DNA from: Bugula neritina
Taxonomy: Eukaryota > Animalia > Bryozoa
Reading direction: 5' to 3'
DNA: 64,000 bases
Assembly: GCA_964035545.1 (NCBI GenBank)
Contig: OZ037765.1
Location: forward strand, 8,132,698-8,196,697
Shown here: piece by piece, positions 1-17,869 of the stretch
Position numbering within the stretch: the stretch's first letter is position 1
Layout: each line of letters opens with the position of its first letter
Translations under genes and position numbers: made by a program
The notes under the pieces: generated by a model
What the model was told of the DNA's origin: nothing
What the model saw: only the letters and a program-made list of their open reading frames with translations
The model's database searches: none

Positions 1-633
1 ACAACAAATAAGTATAACTATTGTCTATAAGTATAAGTATTACTATTAGTATTAGTGTTACTATTAGTATTACTATTGGTATAAGTTTTAGTATAATTAA
101 CAGTATAACTATAACATTAAATTTAAGTTTAACTTCAACTATAGTGGTAGTCTTAGTCTATAACTATAAGTATAAGTAAACTATTACATTTACTTTTAGT
201 ATTACTATTAATGTTAGTTTTATTATCGCTATGGGTATCATTTAATTATGATTATCATTGTGATTATGATGATTATAAATTGATTATTATATAATTAAAT
301 TTAATATTGTAATATAAACTTGAAGTATAAAATATGTATTATTTATATAGATGTTGATATTCAATACATGGTTTACTATTCCGATTCGGATTCCAGTTTT
401 TGTTGTAGTTTCAGTTTGTGGGTTTAAATTATTGAATTTGAATAAGTGTTAATAATAGCTGCATTACTGCTAGATCTAAAGTTAGGTCATTTTACTTTTT
501 AGTTTTGCATAAATATTTAAATTTAAATTTTAGCAATAGCTCTGTCCTATCAGTGTCTCAACAATAACTTGCACTTCTGTATCATATTGGAGAATAAGTT
601 GGAGCTGGGAGAAACTTACATATTTTGCATAAA

Positions 634-7032
<6,399 letters not shown>

Positions 7033-7596
7033 TCCTGCGAATGAATTCTAAGTCATCAGCGATGACACACTAGACATTTTATTTTTGTTAGGCTAGGATT
7101 TTTGTGTTAGGGTAAATGTGCTTTTGCATACAGTGGCATTGAGCAGTTAATATTATATATTATTTATATACTTGATTTTACTAGAACTATCTAAATAGTG
7201 CAACACAGTTTTATACAAAGGATATGTAACGTTGTTCATTAAATGTTAATATCCAACCAAATTTGTCGAGTCTAAAGTTTATTACAAAAATACTAATTTC
7301 AAATTCACAATACATCACTAAAAAGATTTAAATTTAAAGTATTTTAAGCAGCTCTATAAATGACATAAATTTCAGGTTATATAGAAAATAATGGAGTTAT
7401 AATCTTATGGACTAGTAAATGAAAAGCCTTGATAAATTTACGTTCAGGCATGGAGGTTTCATTAGTTACATTAACTAACTATAACATAGAATGTAAGGGT
7501 AGAAAGGTTTAGTGCATATATTTGCAAGCATATATTAGCACAGGGACCAGCAGTCTTGGTACACAAAGTAGTGTACTTCGCTGCCAGATACAAGTC

Positions 7597-10500
7597 TCAG
7601 CATATTCTCTCATCTGCCACATCATCAGGTAAATGTGCTGCCTCACACCTGTCTTTTCTTCTCCGACCCATTCCAGCTGCAGCCATTGCGTGTGATAAAT
7701 GCCTGTACCGATCCATCCATTCTTCTGTCATTTGCTTTACCAATGGTGGCTGCCTTCCAAGCTGTTGCTCAGCACAGAAAATTCCAGCAACATTTTTACA
7801 TGTAAGCCACTCTTGCAATATAACTCTCTCACGCTTCATCTAAAATAACCAAACCATAAATAAGTTTTCAACTTACAAATTAGTAATTAGCTTGCCTGTA
7901 ATAGCTATTTCATGTTGCAACAATTACTTTATTGGAGTTGTGCAACTTCACAGGTTAAACCTATTATCTCCCCTCCCCACATTAAACAAATAATGTTGAA
8001 GTCGATAAGCCATAAAAAATATGCAACGATGCTAATATTTTATTTAATATCTGTAGCATAGATACGCGAAAGTTAAAAAACTTTTCAAGAGGTTTAAATT
8101 TGAATTTATTCTAAAAATGTTATGAGATTACAAGGCTAAATAATATTGCAGCATGGTGAGCATAACTCCTAATCAAAAATTAAGTAATGGTGCCATGCGA
8201 AATAGGTGACATTAGCTTATTGAATGAGTACGTTAAGTTAGTAAGCTACAGGAAATGCATACAATTCATCACCTGACAGTTTTAAAGTACATATTGAATA
8301 TACAGCATAAACTAAATAATAAAATAATAAATATTATTTATATAGCATGCATACCTGTGATTGTGACAAAAAATGAAGAGGCAAGGGTTCACCATCTTTT
8401 TCTATGAGCGGTAAATAAAAAACTTTTTCTTCCAAATTGTCTAGCATAGCTCCAGCACCTATGTTTTTATCCAGATCAGTTTCCATAGGCACAAGAGCTG
8501 AAAAATGACCTCTTGTATAGCCAAGAGTGATGGGAGACTTCCAACAAAAACTTGGGTCCCATAGAAGAGGTAGATAAACACCTGAAAGTTTAATAAACCA
8601 TGAAACAGTTTCCATATCATGCATGATACCTACAGCATGTAACGGCCTTCCTATCACCCAGCAGATTAAAAATCATGATATAAATTGAAGAATATCATGA
8701 GAAACTTGTGTGTGTTCTATAATTTGCAAAAAATATTTTCTACGAGGATACTAAATTAGTAGGCCTTGCATATTCAGTCACACCCAAATGCTAAAACATA
8801 GAAAATTCGCTGTAAATGTTCTAAAATTAAAACTAAAAACCTATCAATTACTGCATTACTTCAAGATAAGAATTGCCCCTATGCAGTAGCATGAAATAGA
8901 GTGCACAGTACATTTCTGCATTAGATGGCTCAATATCAAGGCATTATATAACTATTGAAAATCATTTTTTGATGAGAAAAATATAGAGCTGGTCATCTTA
9001 AGCTAATATAACAACTAATACCAGTGTAATAACTTTTCAGGTTTTCCTGTCCGGTTGAAAATTTGAAAATGACTTTTCAATCCCTATCACTCATAATGTA
9101 AATAAATAAAATTTGATCGCAACTCAATCCTTTCACTATGATTTAGTTATCATTCAGACATTAAATTAGCATCAGCATCAAGCTGTAGCTGCTGTTATAG
9201 TTGCAATAAAATATAGCAATAGACAGATCTGTGAATTTAAAATATTTTCAGAGAAGACAACCCTGATATAATTAGCTGCCCAACTAATTCACAAAATACT
9301 CTACATTTTAGAATCTACACCGAGTTTTACTTACAGATAGACATAACTAATTATCTACATCACTCTAGCCCATTATAACTGTTTATACTCATTAGCATGC
9401 TATGTATCCAAGGCATTTACCACAAGGAGTTTCACATTTATAGCACTAACCTTGAAATTTTGCAAGATCTATAGTTTCTCCACGAAAGGTCTTGACATAC
9501 TTTACACCATAAACTATGATTGGTCTTCTCAAGATGTGCGCCAAAGTGAATATATGCATTTGCTCCAAAGCAGAACCTGTATGGATGGACAAGCTTATAA
9601 CCAAACACTATGAATACATAACGTCGTTAGTATACACTACAACTGCACCAGGCATCACAAAACCAGCTTTAACTGTTAACTGCATGAAGCATATACTTTT
9701 TTCTTATTACTATGTTAAATAGCAAGTAACAGAAGTCATGAAAATGTACCCATTAAATATGTACCTGCAACATAATAAATATTGCCACAAACTTTGTCTA
9801 CAAGCTAGCTTTACTATATAATTATATAGAAAACATTATTTAGCCAAGATTCAAAACCAATTAAAAACATTTAAAAGAAAACATTTAATAAACGAGGTTT
9901 AAAACATAACAGCGTCTCATTATGTATGAATGGAGAAACTCTATGAACATGAAGTTTTTAGGGAAGCAGAGAGAGTACGGAGTGTGCTAATTTTATTGCT
10001 ATTTAGCATTATAAATGGAGTAGTAATGGTGGTATAGAGTGTAGCAGTGGGTAGCAAAAGTTTACAAGTACACATACCATAGTGGTAACTAATAACTATT
10101 ATTATTACCAGAGAATAGTAGCTTCAAATTTTTAATGCACAAAGCAAAAAGCTCCAGGGCAACCACCCTTGTTAAGTGGATTATGCATGCAGTGTTACCA
10201 ATTGATGCATAAACACAAAACCCTCATCAGATCAGAAAGAATGTGCTGTTTTGAGAGCAGTCCAATACACAGATGTGAGCATGTAATAACACTATGATGT
10301 AATAACTGAACTCTGGTTTCAAATAGGCAGTGAGTATGCCAACCCAGGCTACTAGCTGAAAGTAGTATATATATAAAGTTGACTTGGGAAGGTGAAGAGG
10401 TTACATATTATTATACACAACAGCGTCTTAGCAAAATACACAGCAATACTCTAACATAACACACCATCATTATTATTATCATTAGAGGCTTGAGGAGAGA

Positions 10501-13500
10501 GAGAGAGGAGAGAGAGAGGGGGAGAGAGAGAGAGAGGGGGGGAGAGGGGGAGAGAGAGAGAGGGGAGAGAGAGGGGGAGAGAGAGGGGAGAGAGAGGGGG
10601 AGGGAGAGGGGGAGAGAGAGGGGGAGAGAGAGACAGGGGGGAGAGACTTACCTGGCTGGCGTGCTAGGCTGAGAATGTAGGACCAGTCCTGGTCCCACTG
10701 ATCTTCCTCCAGGGTGAAATGGTACAGTTCAGCCTGTCTACTCTCATACTCCTTCCATCGAGGATAGAATCTATAAAACAGATATATTTTGATACAAAAT
10801 TGTAAACATTGCACCTACAATGCATAGTGCCATAATCTTGCATGCTTCACTGAGTTTGATATCGCCAGTCATTCACACTGTACAGGTATTGTTATGGTAT
10901 TCGATAGCATTAATACCTTACAAAATATTTGTTAATAGACAGATTACATGTCACAATGACTCAGGGGAGTGAACCAGCCTTCCACTAACGCAGTTTGAAA
11001 TAAAACCAAACTGCACTATACCTGGCACTGACAGACTTATTACGTAATGTTATTGTCAGAAGTCCTAAGCTAGTGATCTGTAAGTTCAACCTACAAGGTT
11101 GAAGCCTTACTAGTTGGAACCTCTAAAACACAGTGCTCCCCCCATTCTCCACGAAATTCTATAGGCCATGAGTTAAACCTGGTATTCCATTATGTCAGAA
11201 TTGAGGAATTGAAGCTTAGTGAGATACGGAGGGAGCACTGTAGTTAAGATCTGGTACAGTCTAGTACTAAATGACCATTCTCAAGACTTTGCACTTTGCA
11301 TCGGTCGTGACAAAACAAAAGTCATCAAACTAAGCACTGCCAGACCTAAGTGTAGCCAGTTAAATAACTCACGTTCCTTCCGCCTCAGCCAGACTGTCGG
11401 AGAGAGCTAATCTGAGAGTGTTGTCCTTGTCAAACACTCCCCATGTGGCCTGCAGGACGGAGTCGAGCAGGCAATCCCCGGCACTTCGGTTCCATAGAGC
11501 ATAGAGACGACTCCCAAATCTCTCACACAGCTCTATACTCCAGTTGATTGTTGATTCTTCCAACTCTAATTCTAAAGTATATAACAGAATATAACTAGTA
11601 GAGGATATAGGAACTCTAAAGTATATAACAGAATATAACTAGTAGAGGATATAGGAACTCTAAAGTATATAACAGAGTATAACTAGTAGAGGATACGAGA
11701 ACTCTAAAGTATATAACAGAGTATAACTAGTAGAGGATATGAGAACTCTAAAGTATATAACAGAGTATAACTAGTAGAGGATATGAGAACTCTAAAGTAT
11801 ATAACAGAGTATAACTAGTAGAGAGGATATAGGAATTTTAAAGTATATAACAGAGTATAACTAGTAGAGGATACGAGAACTCTAAAGTATATAACAGAGT
11901 ATAACTAGTAGAGGATATGAGAACTCTAAAGTATATAACAGAGTATAACTAGTAGAGGATATGAGAACTCTAAAGTATATAACAGAATATAACTAGTAGA
12001 GGATATAGGAACTCTAAAGTATATAACAGAGTATAACTAGTAGAGGATATGAGAACTCTAAAGTATATAACAGAGTATAACTAGTAGAGGATATGAGAAC
12101 TCTAAAGTATATAACAGAGTATAACTAGTAGAGGATATGAGAACTCTAAAGTATATAACAGAGTATAACTAGTAGAGGATATGAGAACTCTAAAGTATAT
12201 AACAGAGTATAACTAGTAGAGGATATGAGAACTCTAAAGTATATAACAGAATATAACTAGTAGAGGATATAGGAACTCTAAAGTATATAACAGAGTATAA
12301 CTAGTAGAGGATATAGGAACTCTAAAGTATATAACAGAGTATAACTAGTAGAGGATATAGGAACTCTAAAGTATATAACTGAGTATAACTAGTAGAGAGG
12401 ATATAGGAACTCTAAAGTATATAACATAGTATAACTAGTAGAGAGGATATTATCTAACTGCTCATGATTGCAACAGGTTCCTTGTACTCAGGAGGTGTTT
12501 AAAGCAACACTATGACTCAAGGAAATAAAAGGAACACTTGATAATCTATTTTCAACCTATTCTAACCAAACCTCAATACATGATAACGTATGCATTCACA
12601 GTCAATGAAGAAGCATAGTATAAGGTGACATCAAAGACACTTGTGTTGCTACAGAGTTGTTTTTTAGAAACAGAATTGCTTCATAAACAAAGCATGAGTT
12701 GCATTGAATAGCAAGTCCATAGTTATCACTACCATTAATATTTCAGTCACAGTTGAAGAGCACACTACAATGACTAACTCACAACTAATATGTCATAACA
12801 GCAAGTCACGGTGAGTTATTCGCACGCACACTTGAGTCATTAAACTAGTTGGGTAGTAGGCAATGGTATGTTCAGCATAATAATATAATCAATGCAGCAC
12901 AATTCTGCAGAAGGGTTCATTAAACATGAAAGCTACTGCAAGCTTCAGGTTAGTAACATATTTATTCAGACGAATAGTAAGATGTTATCACAACATAATT
13001 GGGAGTTTCTGTTCAGCATAATAAACTTATGTAACCACTAGTTAGTAGAAGATGTAGCAATTATCATTTCGTTGCAGTGCAATTTCTGATGATGATTTTA
13101 GGTGAATAGCTTTTATGTCAGACAAGTTTGGAACAGAACTTCCAGTCCTCTCCTATACCAGGGCCTGGACCCTCATGACCAACTAAGTAACAAGCCTACC
13201 TAGGGGAAACACATGCAGGGTGCTTGCTATTCCAACTGGCTTTTACATTCATCAGCTCATTTTGATTACATGAGGAGCTATATGACTGCTATTTCCAAAT
13301 TTACACGCATATTGAAATTTTCAACTGCCATAAATAGTTTTTAAGTGAGAAAAAAGTTCAAACTCTCATTAATCAGGGCAGCTTCATACCTTGAAAGAAC
13401 TTGTGGGCTAAATAAAAAAGTTTACTATTTACAGACATTGATCTAAGATGATACATAAAGCTAAACACTTATTTGCAATCTATACTATTGGTATACTATT

Positions 13501-15731
13501 GTATAGTGTAGGAGTATTCTAGAAAGTACTATTGGTATACTATTGTATATTGTAGCAGTATTTTAGAAAGTACTATTGGTATACTATTGTATAGTGTAGC
13601 AGTATTCCAGAAGGTACCATTGGTATGCTATTGTAGAGTGTAGCAGTATTCTAAAAGGTGCTATTGGTATACTATTGTATAGTGTAGCAGTATTCTAAAA
13701 GGTGCTATTGGTATACTATTGTATAGAGTTGCAGTATTCTAGAAACCTATGTTCTAGCAAGAGCTAGAAGAAAAAGGCGTTTCAGGGGAAATCAAATTAT
13801 AGTAGGGATAATGCATAGTAAATCAATGCCAAAAACCTCCTAGTAACAATATCAGTGAAATCAAAGCATTAATGACATTATGTATTCACCTCGTTGGACA
13901 TCGTGATCCATAATATCATTCAGCAACTGCTTCTCAACTGTGGGCAGCAAATCTTCAATATCTACAGCCATTACCAAGCAATAAAAATGCACATCACAAA
14001 TTGCAGCTTGGCAAGACTCAAAGTTGAGAGAGTTGAAGTTATACAACCACATTGCTAGAGATTATCATACAAAAGCTAATAATAAAAAATACAATTAATC
14101 AACAAGTAGTAGAGGTAGTGGTAGTGATAGTAGTATTATAGTATGTAGTATTAGCAACAGCAGTAGTAGCAGTAGTAATACTAGTAGGAGCAGTAGAAGT
14201 ACTAGTAGTAGCAGTAGTAGTAGTAGTAGTAGTAGAAGTACTAGTAGCAGTAGAAGTACTAGTAGCAGTAGTAATAGCAGTGGTAGCAGTAGTATTAGTA
14301 GCAGTAGTAGTAGTAGCAGCAGTAGTAGTAGCAGCAGTAGTAGCAGCAGTAGTAGTAGCAGCAGTAGTAGTAGCAGCAGTAGTAGTAGCAGCAGTAGTAG
14401 TAGCAGCAGTAGTAGTAGCAGCAGTAGTAGTAGCAGCAGTAATAGTAGTAGTAGCAGTAGTAGTAGCAGCAGTAGTAATAGCAGTAGTAGTAGTAGTACC
14501 AGTAGTAGTAGTAGCAGTAATGATAGCTGAAACAGCAGTACCAGTTCATTTCTTGTGAGAACTTACCACCTGGTAAAGCAAATGTGACAATTTCAGTGAA
14601 GAAGAAACATGGAAAATCTCCTTTACGCTGACGCAAGGAACAAGCAACAGTTCGGAGGATTTCATTAGCTAAATCAGGGCATGTGTGAGGAGGTAGACGC
14701 TTTTTTGATTGACTAGTGACACTAGCAGTAAGTAATGAAGCCACTACATCTTGTCTCTGGGACTGCAAAGCTATGTGTAGAAGAGTGTGGCCTTTCTGAA
14801 ATCTGCTGCCATCTTCTATTAATGTAGCTTCTTCGGCGGTGAGCTGCCTGGCGACATCACCACCGCAAGTGAGATATGCATTGACAGCCATCAGGTCCCC
14901 ATCATATGTACCTAAGCATGCTTTTAGCCACAGCCAGTCCAACTCTGAATACTTATCGTGCAGTTTTTGGAAAGTTGTGTTGTTTTTATCAGACTTTTTT
15001 AGTACTCTGTTTGTTGGCATACTAGCTGCAGCACCACGTGGAGAGTTGGGAGGGGAAGAATGGTGCCCAGCCAGTGGACTGAGCTCACTGGCAGTTTGAC
15101 TGATATCTTTTATACTGGGACTTTTCTGTGAACCACAAATCACACATCTGGTTGATCTCGGCCAGTTTTCATATGTACACACAACGCAATTCCACTTGTT
15201 GTTATATGTTTTAATATAATTTGATGCAATTAGACGATTTTTATCATTATTATCTGATTTTGAAACAACACCTGGTGATGTTTTATTGTTTGACGTTTCC
15301 TGAACTTTTGGGGAAGTTTTATTTGAGAGACTTCCACTTTTTGGGGACACTTTACTAAACCCTGATTGGTTATCAACAGGAGCTGGACTGGTATTGATAG
15401 TCAGTGGTTCTAAAGATGCTGCTATATTACCAGGATCTGTGGACTGCTTACGACCCATACATACAGCACATTTTTTAGCCCGAGCCCAATTTAAATATGT
15501 ACACTTAACACACGTCCATTTACTAGTATCAGTTTTTTGTGTCTGAGCAGGAGTCCTTGTGTTTTGACTTGGATTCTCATATGAAGCCACTTGATAAATG
15601 TCTGGTGACTGATCTTCTGTGATGAACTTGGGAGGTCGGAGAGCTTGGCAGATGGTGCACTTCTTGGCTGCCTCAAAGTTCTTGTATGTGCAATACTCAC
15701 AGCCCCATTTCTCATGGGCTTCATCTGCCAT
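7597..15731 (-). CDS. ZRANB1: Ubiquitin thioesterase TRABID/ZRANB1 (3x NZF zinc fingers, AnkUBD, OTU)
   Basis: Exons 14567-15731, 13890-13961, 11373-11571, 10652-10770, 9451-9576, 8355-8581, 7597-7839, frame-consistent. Three NZF fingers (WGCEYCTYKN, WTCVKCTYLN, WNCVVCTYEN), RQRKGDFPCFF, catalytic Cys in NRSAGDCLLDS, HILRRPIIVYGVK, catalytic His in GYTRGHFSALV. Confidence 0.96.
10491..10646. repeat. GA/GGA-rich polypurine microsatellite abutting a ZRANB1 donor site
   Basis: Almost pure G/A tract; accounts for the spurious RE-rich and SP-rich ORFs. Confidence 0.9.
11131..11240. mobile_element. Tc1/mariner-like MITE, copy 1 (110 bp)
   Basis: Terminal inverted repeats CAGTGCTCCC...GGGAGCACTG followed by TA; its reverse complement aligns by eye with 42249-42432 (gtatctcactaa, cctcaattc, tgacataat, taccag). 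Confidence 0.7.
11571..12449. repeat. 44-bp minisatellite, about 20 copies, overlapping a ZRANB1 3' splice site
   Basis: Unit tctaaagtatataacagagtataactagtagaggatatgagaac; copies are near-identical. Confidence 0.95.
13483..13745. repeat. Second 44-bp minisatellite, about 6 copies
   Basis: Unit tactattggtatactattgtatagtgtagcagtattctagaaag. Confidence 0.9.
14105..14530. repeat. (GTA/GCA)n trinucleotide microsatellite in a ZRANB1 intron
   Basis: gtagtagcagca repeats; account for the poly-V/A and Y/C-rich ORF tails. Confidence 0.93.
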
Positions 15732-16189
15732 AGCTTCTAAAATTATAATTGATAGCAAGTTGCACTAATAAGGGATAGGGAATGGCTCACATACGTAAAA
15801 TAATATGGTGAATCTATACTGTAGGCTTGAGACAAGTTATTTTTATCCTTTTTTACAAAAACTGAATATAGAAATACAAATTATGTTCATTTTGTACAAC
15901 TAAATCAAACTGAAATTTTGACACAAGTTTGCAAAAATGTAGACTATATACTACAGAGTAATTAACATCTGAAACTTAACAATTTAAAAAAAGCCTAAAA
16001 AAGGGCTCTACTAGATCACCTTTTAACCTACGAATGAGCAGAAATACTTGTGCTGATATTATGAGCTTTTCGCTTTCATTAATCTGTAAGTACTCTTATT
16101 CATATTTACTTTATCACAGTGTTTTTATGAAGAAGACTATAGTCTATATCAGCAATATCAGAAAATTTCTCATTTTCAACTAATGATAA

Positions 16190-17270
16190 ATAATAATCAC
16201 TATTACTATTACTATTAATATAAGTAATTAAGTTTAAGTAGTATATTTATACTATTATAAATATAAGGTTAAACATAGTTATAAGACTAAGTATTACTAT
16301 TGCTAGCTGTATAAGTATATTATTTATTACCATTACTCTTGTACTTTTAGTTATACTTATAGTTATACTCATTATATTTATAATATTATTATTACTATAT
16401 TTAATATTTTTATTATCATTATACGTCATAGTCATATTGATAGTGATATTCATTACTCATTAGTAATTGTGATTATCATTAATGGTTAATCATTACGGTT
16501 ATGATTACAGTTTGAGTCATACCCATAGCCATTGGGCTTGGCATTAGCCATTAGCCATTAGACTTATACTTATAATTATTGATGACAGATTTACTTTTAG
16601 AAGTCTTACTAATACTATTACTAATACTATTAGTATTAGTATTTCTATTAGTAGTAGTACTAGTATTAGTATTACATTTACTAACACTATCACATTTACT
16701 ATCACTATGACTATGAGTATCATTATGTCCAACTCTATGTCTATGACTATTAGAGTAATTATTAGTATTACTATTAGTATTACTATTAGTACAACTATTA
16801 GTATTAATAATTTATATAATTATATTACTACTACTATAACTATTAGTATTAGTAATACTTATATTAATACTAAGAGTAATAGTAATACTATTACTCACTG
16901 ATATTAATAGTTATACTTATAGTTATAGTAATAGTATTAGTATAAAATTAAATATATTATTAGTATAAGTAGTGTTACTATTAGTATTACTATTACTATT
17001 ACCATTAGTTGATTAGATTTAGTAAATAATATTAATACTAATACTAATAGTATTAGTAATACTATTAGTATTACTATTACTATTACTATTAGTATTAGTA
17101 TTAGTATTACTATTAATATTAGTATTACTATTACTAATAGTATTACTATTAGTATTAGTATTACTATTACTAATAGTATTATTATTAATTAGTATTACAC
17201 TCACTATTACTATTAGTATTAGTATAAGTATTACATTTAGTTTTACTGTATTAGATTACAGTTTCAGTTT
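16190..17270. repeat. Degenerate (TATTAG/TATTAC)n low-complexity tract in the ZRANB1 5' intron
   Basis: tattactattagtattag-type repeats; similar tracts at 1-350, 18440-18790, 47380-48300 and 49680-50000. Confidence 0.85.
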
Positions 17271-17281
17271 GAGTTACTTAC

Positions 17282-17869
17282 TTTAAAAAGTTGAAGTATT
17301 TGTAGTGACAATTCACAATAGCAATTTTAAAACTAATTTCTGTAATTCAAATTTTAGTAATAACATTAACAGGTGTTAAACGAACAACAAATAGAAAAGA
17401 AATAACTAAGGAGTAAAGGGTTTGCAGTAATCATCATAACAATAACAATAATTTATTAATTATAATACGATAAATTATCTGGAAACAGACTTCATAGGCT
17501 AATAACACCAAGTTCATAGCATCGTTTCATTTCAACAAGAAAGCGAATAAAGTAAAGTTAAAAATTAGGACTAGCTCTACCAAGGAGTTATCTTTTTATA
17601 AGCTAAACTAGAGGCTATTGCAGAAGAGCAATTAATTTTGCATGACAGTTAAAATTATAAAAACTGCAAATTGCAGCTATTTTCAAATGCAAAACACTTT
17701 TGAAAAATATATGATGTCTTTGTTTGTTGGTTTTGTAACATTATCTAATATTAATTATTGTCTACTGACAAATAATCAAACGTTATATAAATGAAAAGAT
17801 AACTCTATAAATCACCATATTATTACGAGTTCAACTAATAAGCTTAGCATTGCATACGCACAGCTAACC
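17282..17869. promoter_or_regulatory. Putative bidirectional promoter and 5' exons for ZRANB1 (-) and NDUFA5 (+)
   Basis: Minus-strand donor GTAAGT at 17281-17276; NDUFA5 ATG at 17870; AGATAACTC motif at 17585-17593 (reverse) and 17797-17805. Confidence 0.6.

Noticed and set aside
7556-7843. Antisense or alternative-frame ORFs overlapping real exons (also 14839-15099, 44915-45196, 51321-51587)
   Set aside because: Shadow ORFs of coding exons with no independent evidence.
10482-10672. RE/G-rich and SP/L-rich ORFs
   Set aside because: Translations of the GA microsatellite.
11571-12449. Possible CRISPR-like array
   Set aside because: Head-to-tail repeats without unique spacers, in a eukaryotic intron, with no cas genes.
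14295-14566. Tyr/Cys-rich C-terminal tail of the 487-aa ORF and the opposite-strand poly-Val/Ala ORF
   Set aside because: Readthrough past the GTAAGT donor at 14566 into a trinucleotide microsatellite; TRABID homology continues in the next exon.
16247-17204. Ile/Asn/Thr/Ser-rich short ORFs (also 47785-48030)
   Set aside because: Products of the TAT/TAG/TAC low-complexity tracts.
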